64,000 bases of DNA from contig OZ024753.1 in NCBI GenBank assembly GCA_964016885.1, forward strand, positions 27,466,001 to 27,530,000, written 5' to 3'. Every line of letters starts with the position of its first letter. Positions within the stretch are counted from its first letter, which is position 1. Below, one piece after another: positions 59,056 to 64,000 of the stretch. The stretch is from Eledone cirrhosa (taxonomy: Eukaryota). The notes under the pieces are model-generated. The model was not told the DNA's origin, searched no databases, and saw nothing but the letters and a program-made list of their open reading frames with translations. The position numbers and the translations under genes were made by a program.

Positions 59056-61355
59056 ATAGATAAATCTACCAAAAGTTTACGGTAGTGTCCAATCCGTATG
59101 AAGAACTCAATGTAATCCGGATATCATGAAAAAGAAGATGCATTCAAAAACTACTTTCTGTGAAAAATAAACGGAAAACAGTGAAGATAAATTATTTCCC
59201 CACCTTAAAGGTGGTTTATATCGTGACGACTGTCTTCTTCTTTCCAATAACCTTAGCTTCTCAGAGATAGAAAAAAATAAAAAGCTTATTAGAACTTTCC
59301 TTAAAGACTATTATAGTCTAGATATTACATTTGAAAACACAAGTAAAGTATTTAATTTCCTAGATATAACATTAGACTTATCAACGGGTATCTACCAACC
59401 TTACCATAAACCCAACCAAAATTTACACTACATACACTCACAATCTAATCACCCTAAATCTATCCTTAAAAACCTTGCATATAATATATCACTTAGAATT
59501 TCTAACCTTTCGTCTAACCAAGATGTATTTGATAAAAATGCGACCTTTTATAACGAAGCTCTAGCTAGAAGTGGCCACAAAAATAGATTAGAATATATAC
59601 CTTCTACCAATAACACTACAAACATACAACCTAATATTACCAACAAACACCAAATGAAACGTACACACCTAAATGCCACTCACACTATACCCCAAAATAC
59701 CAACATAAAACCAAATTTCTCTAACTCCTCTAATATACAGTATAGTAACTCTCAAAAAACTACTCATCCTACAACTCTAATAAATGTTAATAATAAAACT
59801 CCTAATAAACAAGCTAAAACACCTAAATCAATAAATCTAACTAAAAATGTGTGTGGAGAGGTCATTAACAATAATTCTCCTAGTAAACATCAGGATGCAT
59901 CCTATAAAAACAATAAACAACATAGAAACCGTAATAGACGAGTTACTTGGTATAATGCTCCATTTAATTTACAAATTAAGGATAATATATTAAAAAATTC
60001 TTTAATATCCTAGAGAAAAACTTCCCGCCAAACCACAAATACCATCAAATCTTAAATAGATCAACAGTTAAATTCTCCTACTCAACAACCAAAAACATAA
60101 AACAAAATATAAGTGCCTATAATGCATATAAATGTAAAAAAACCATTAGTATACCACCAGTACATCAAACTGGCCATAATATCTCCTCAAATACAGGATT
60201 CACGAAAAGTTGTAACTGTAGAAACAAGGCAAACTGTCCATTAAAAGGAAATTGCCTTGTTAATAACATAATATATAAATGTAAAGTTAACACTAAGGAC
60301 TCTATTTGTTCATATATAGGAGCTACCTCTAACAATTTTAAGGTAAGATTTAATACCCACAAACATAGTTTTAAAAATGCCGCACTAGCTAATACAACAT
60401 CTCGAGCTGAAAAAATTAATAGTTATAGAAAGAGGAATATAGAATATGACCTGACCTGGAGTTTGCTCAAAAGAGCCACCCCTTATCAAAATAGTAGAAA
60501 TGAATGTAGACTGTGTTCCCAAGAACTTTTCGAAATAATGAAATCTAAGGATATCCTATTAAATAAGCGACAGGAATTAATAATATCGTGTAATCATAAA
60601 CTGAGAAAAACATTTAAATATTATAAACCTAATTAATATACACTTTAGAAATTAATATATAAATTAATTTTAATTTAGTTAACCTATAATTAAAATTCTA
60701 CTACAGATGAAATACAAAATTCTGCTTTAAATATTATAAACCTAATTAATATACACTTTAGAAATTAATATATAAACTATTTTTAATTTAGTTAACCTAT
60801 AATTAATATTCTACTACTGATGAACTACATAATTTGGCTTTCCTTCTTACAAATATCATTTCCTAAAACTGATACCATTAAGTAAACATATGTAATTATT
60901 TTTAATTTAGTTAAGCTATAATTAATATTCTACTACTGATGAACTACATAATTCCGCTTTAAATATTATAAACCTAATTATTATACACCTTAGAAATTAA
61001 TATATAAACTATTTTTATTTTAGTTAACCTATAATTAATATTCTACTAATGATGAACTACATAATTTGGCTTTCCTTCTTACAAATATCATTTCCTAAAA
61101 CTGATACCATTAAGTAAACATATATAATGCTTTAACTTCAGGTTATGATTCTATGTTCCTTGAAACCTATATATATTTACTATTTCCCACTAATAAATTT
61201 AATCCCCCCACCCCAATAATTATATGTATATGTAAGTGTGGATGTGTGTGTATATAAGTGTGTATGTATGTATGTGTGTATGTATGTGAGTGTAAAAAAT
61301 ATATATATTTATGTATATATATGTATATATATATATATATATATATGTGTATATA

Positions 61356-61388
<33 letters not shown>

Positions 61389-62496
61389 GTATATATGTAT
61401 ATATGTATGTGTCTGTGTGTATGTATATGTACATATATATATATATATGCGTATATATATATATATATATATATAGGTATATGTTTGTGCGTGTATGTGT
61501 ATGTGTATGTATGTGTATATATATATATATATTATATATGTGTGTGTATGTATGTATGTATGTATGTATGTATATATATGTAGGTATATATATGTATATA
61601 TATATATATATATATATCATTTTTATATTCTTTTAATCTCCCCTCATCCTTAACAGCACTTTTCAACTGCTTCTAACTCTTATTTTTCACATCTATATGT
61701 ATTAGTATAATTTTATCAATATAAATATACCCATCAATTAAATTAATTTTATATCCTTTTCATATATGTATTTTTTTCACTAACATCCTTATCTTAAAAC
61801 TCTGGTCACCCTAGATATTTGTATTGGCATTAATATACACTTTAGAAATTAATATATAAATTAATTTTAATTCAGTTAACCTATAATTAATATTCTACTA
61901 CTGATGAACTACATAATTCCGCTTTAAATATTATAAACCTAATTATTATACACCTTACAAATTAATATATAAACTATTTTTATTTTAGTTAACCTATAAT
62001 TAATATTCTACTAATGATGAACTACATAATTTAGCTTTCCTTCTTACAAATATCATTTCCTAAACCTGATACCATTAAGTAAACATATATAATTGTTTCT
62101 ACTTTTGGCACAATGCCAGCAATTATCCCAGTACATTACTGGTACTTTATTTTATCGACCCGTAAGGATGAAAGGCAAAGTAAACCTCGGCGGGAATTGA
62201 ACTCAGATCGTAAAGGGACGCAACTATGCTGGAAAGCATATCCTACCCTCTACTGATAATGCCAATCCAACGCCCTTATATAATGCTTTAACTTCAGGTT
62301 ATGACTCTATGTTCCTTGAAACCTATATATATTTACTATTTCCCACTAATAAATGTAATCCCCCCCCCAATAATTATATGTATATGTAAGTGTGGATGTG
62401 TGTGTATATAAGTGTGTATGTAGATATGTGTGTATGTATGTGAGTGTAAAATACATATATATGTATATGTATGTATATATATATATATGTGTGTGA

Positions 62497-62535
<39 letters not shown>

Positions 62536-62790
62536 TGTGGGTGTGTATGTATATGTACATATGTATGGGTCTATGTATGTGTATATATATGTAGGTATAT
62601 ATATGTATATATATATATATATGATTTTTATATTCTTTTAATCTCCCCTCATCCTTAACAGCACTTTTCAACTGCATCTAACTCTTATTTATCACATCTA
62701 TATGTATTAGTATAATTTTACCAATATATATATATACCCAGGAATTAAATGAATTTTATATCCTTTTCATAGATGTATTTTTTTCACTAT
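59056..62790 (+). mobile_element. Second Naiad family A copy: inverted pLTR piece 59056-59190, ORF remnant 59194-60636, repetitive 3' UTR
   Basis: Similar to 28400-29829 (GGLYRDD, CNCRNKANC); frameshift near 59990. Confidence 0.9.
62094..62276 (-). mobile_element. tRNA-derived SINE with 8 bp target site duplication
   Basis: TATATAAT at 62086-62093 and 62277-62284; empty site visible in the paralogous repeat at ~61121. Confidence 0.85.
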
Positions 62791-62819
62791 ATACAAACAT
62801 ATATATATACATATATACA

Positions 62820-62877
<58 letters not shown>

Positions 62878-63120
62878 TATATATATATATGTTATATATA
62901 TATATATATATATATATGTTTATATATATATATATATATATATATGTTTATATATATATATATATATATATGTTTATATATATATATATATATATATGTT
63001 TATATATATATATATATATATATGTTTGTATATATATATATAGGTTTGTATATATATATATATATAGGTTTGTATATATATATATATATGTTTGTATATA
63101 TATATATATATATTTATGTT

Positions 63121-63156
<36 letters not shown>

Positions 63157-63180
63157 TGTATAAATATATATATATATATG

Positions 63181-63641
<461 letters not shown>

Positions 63642-63719
63642 CATATATACATATAGAAATCTGTATATACATATAGAAATCTATAAATACTTATAGAAAT
63701 CTATATATATATATATATT

Positions 63720-63761
<42 letters not shown>

Positions 63762-63771
63762 TGTATATACA

Positions 63772-63802
<31 letters not shown>

Positions 63803-63803
63803 T

Positions 63804-63934
<131 letters not shown>

Positions 63935-63939
63935 GTTTG

Positions 63940-64000
<61 letters not shown>

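Overview
Eukaryotic, repeat-saturated DNA with no supportable host gene. The SINEs resemble those of octopus/cephalopods (inference). More than half of the window is (TA)n-derived microsatellite, and nearly all long ORFs in the track are artefacts of it. The TA arrays host many retroelements: three Naiad-type Penelope-like element (PLE) families (one with an intact ORF), two other GIY-YIG PLE fragments, about eight ORF-less pLTR/retrozyme-like families, a decayed RTE LINE, two CR1/L2-type 3' ends, a non-coding LTR element, tRNA-derived SINEs and two small DNA-transposon relics. By eye I find type I hammerhead ribozyme (HHR) motifs in 12 families, several with a U3-A8 core swap or a greatly extended stem II. 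The main candidate novelty is a covarying hairpin (RYTC / upper stem / 2-nt bulge / GARY) about 35-90 nt from the 3' end of seven otherwise dissimilar families, downstream of the HHR where one is found. It is shared by coding Naiads and non-coding passengers, suggesting a common cis signal for a (TA)n-targeting ribozyme-retroelement system. All structures were folded by eye, not computed.
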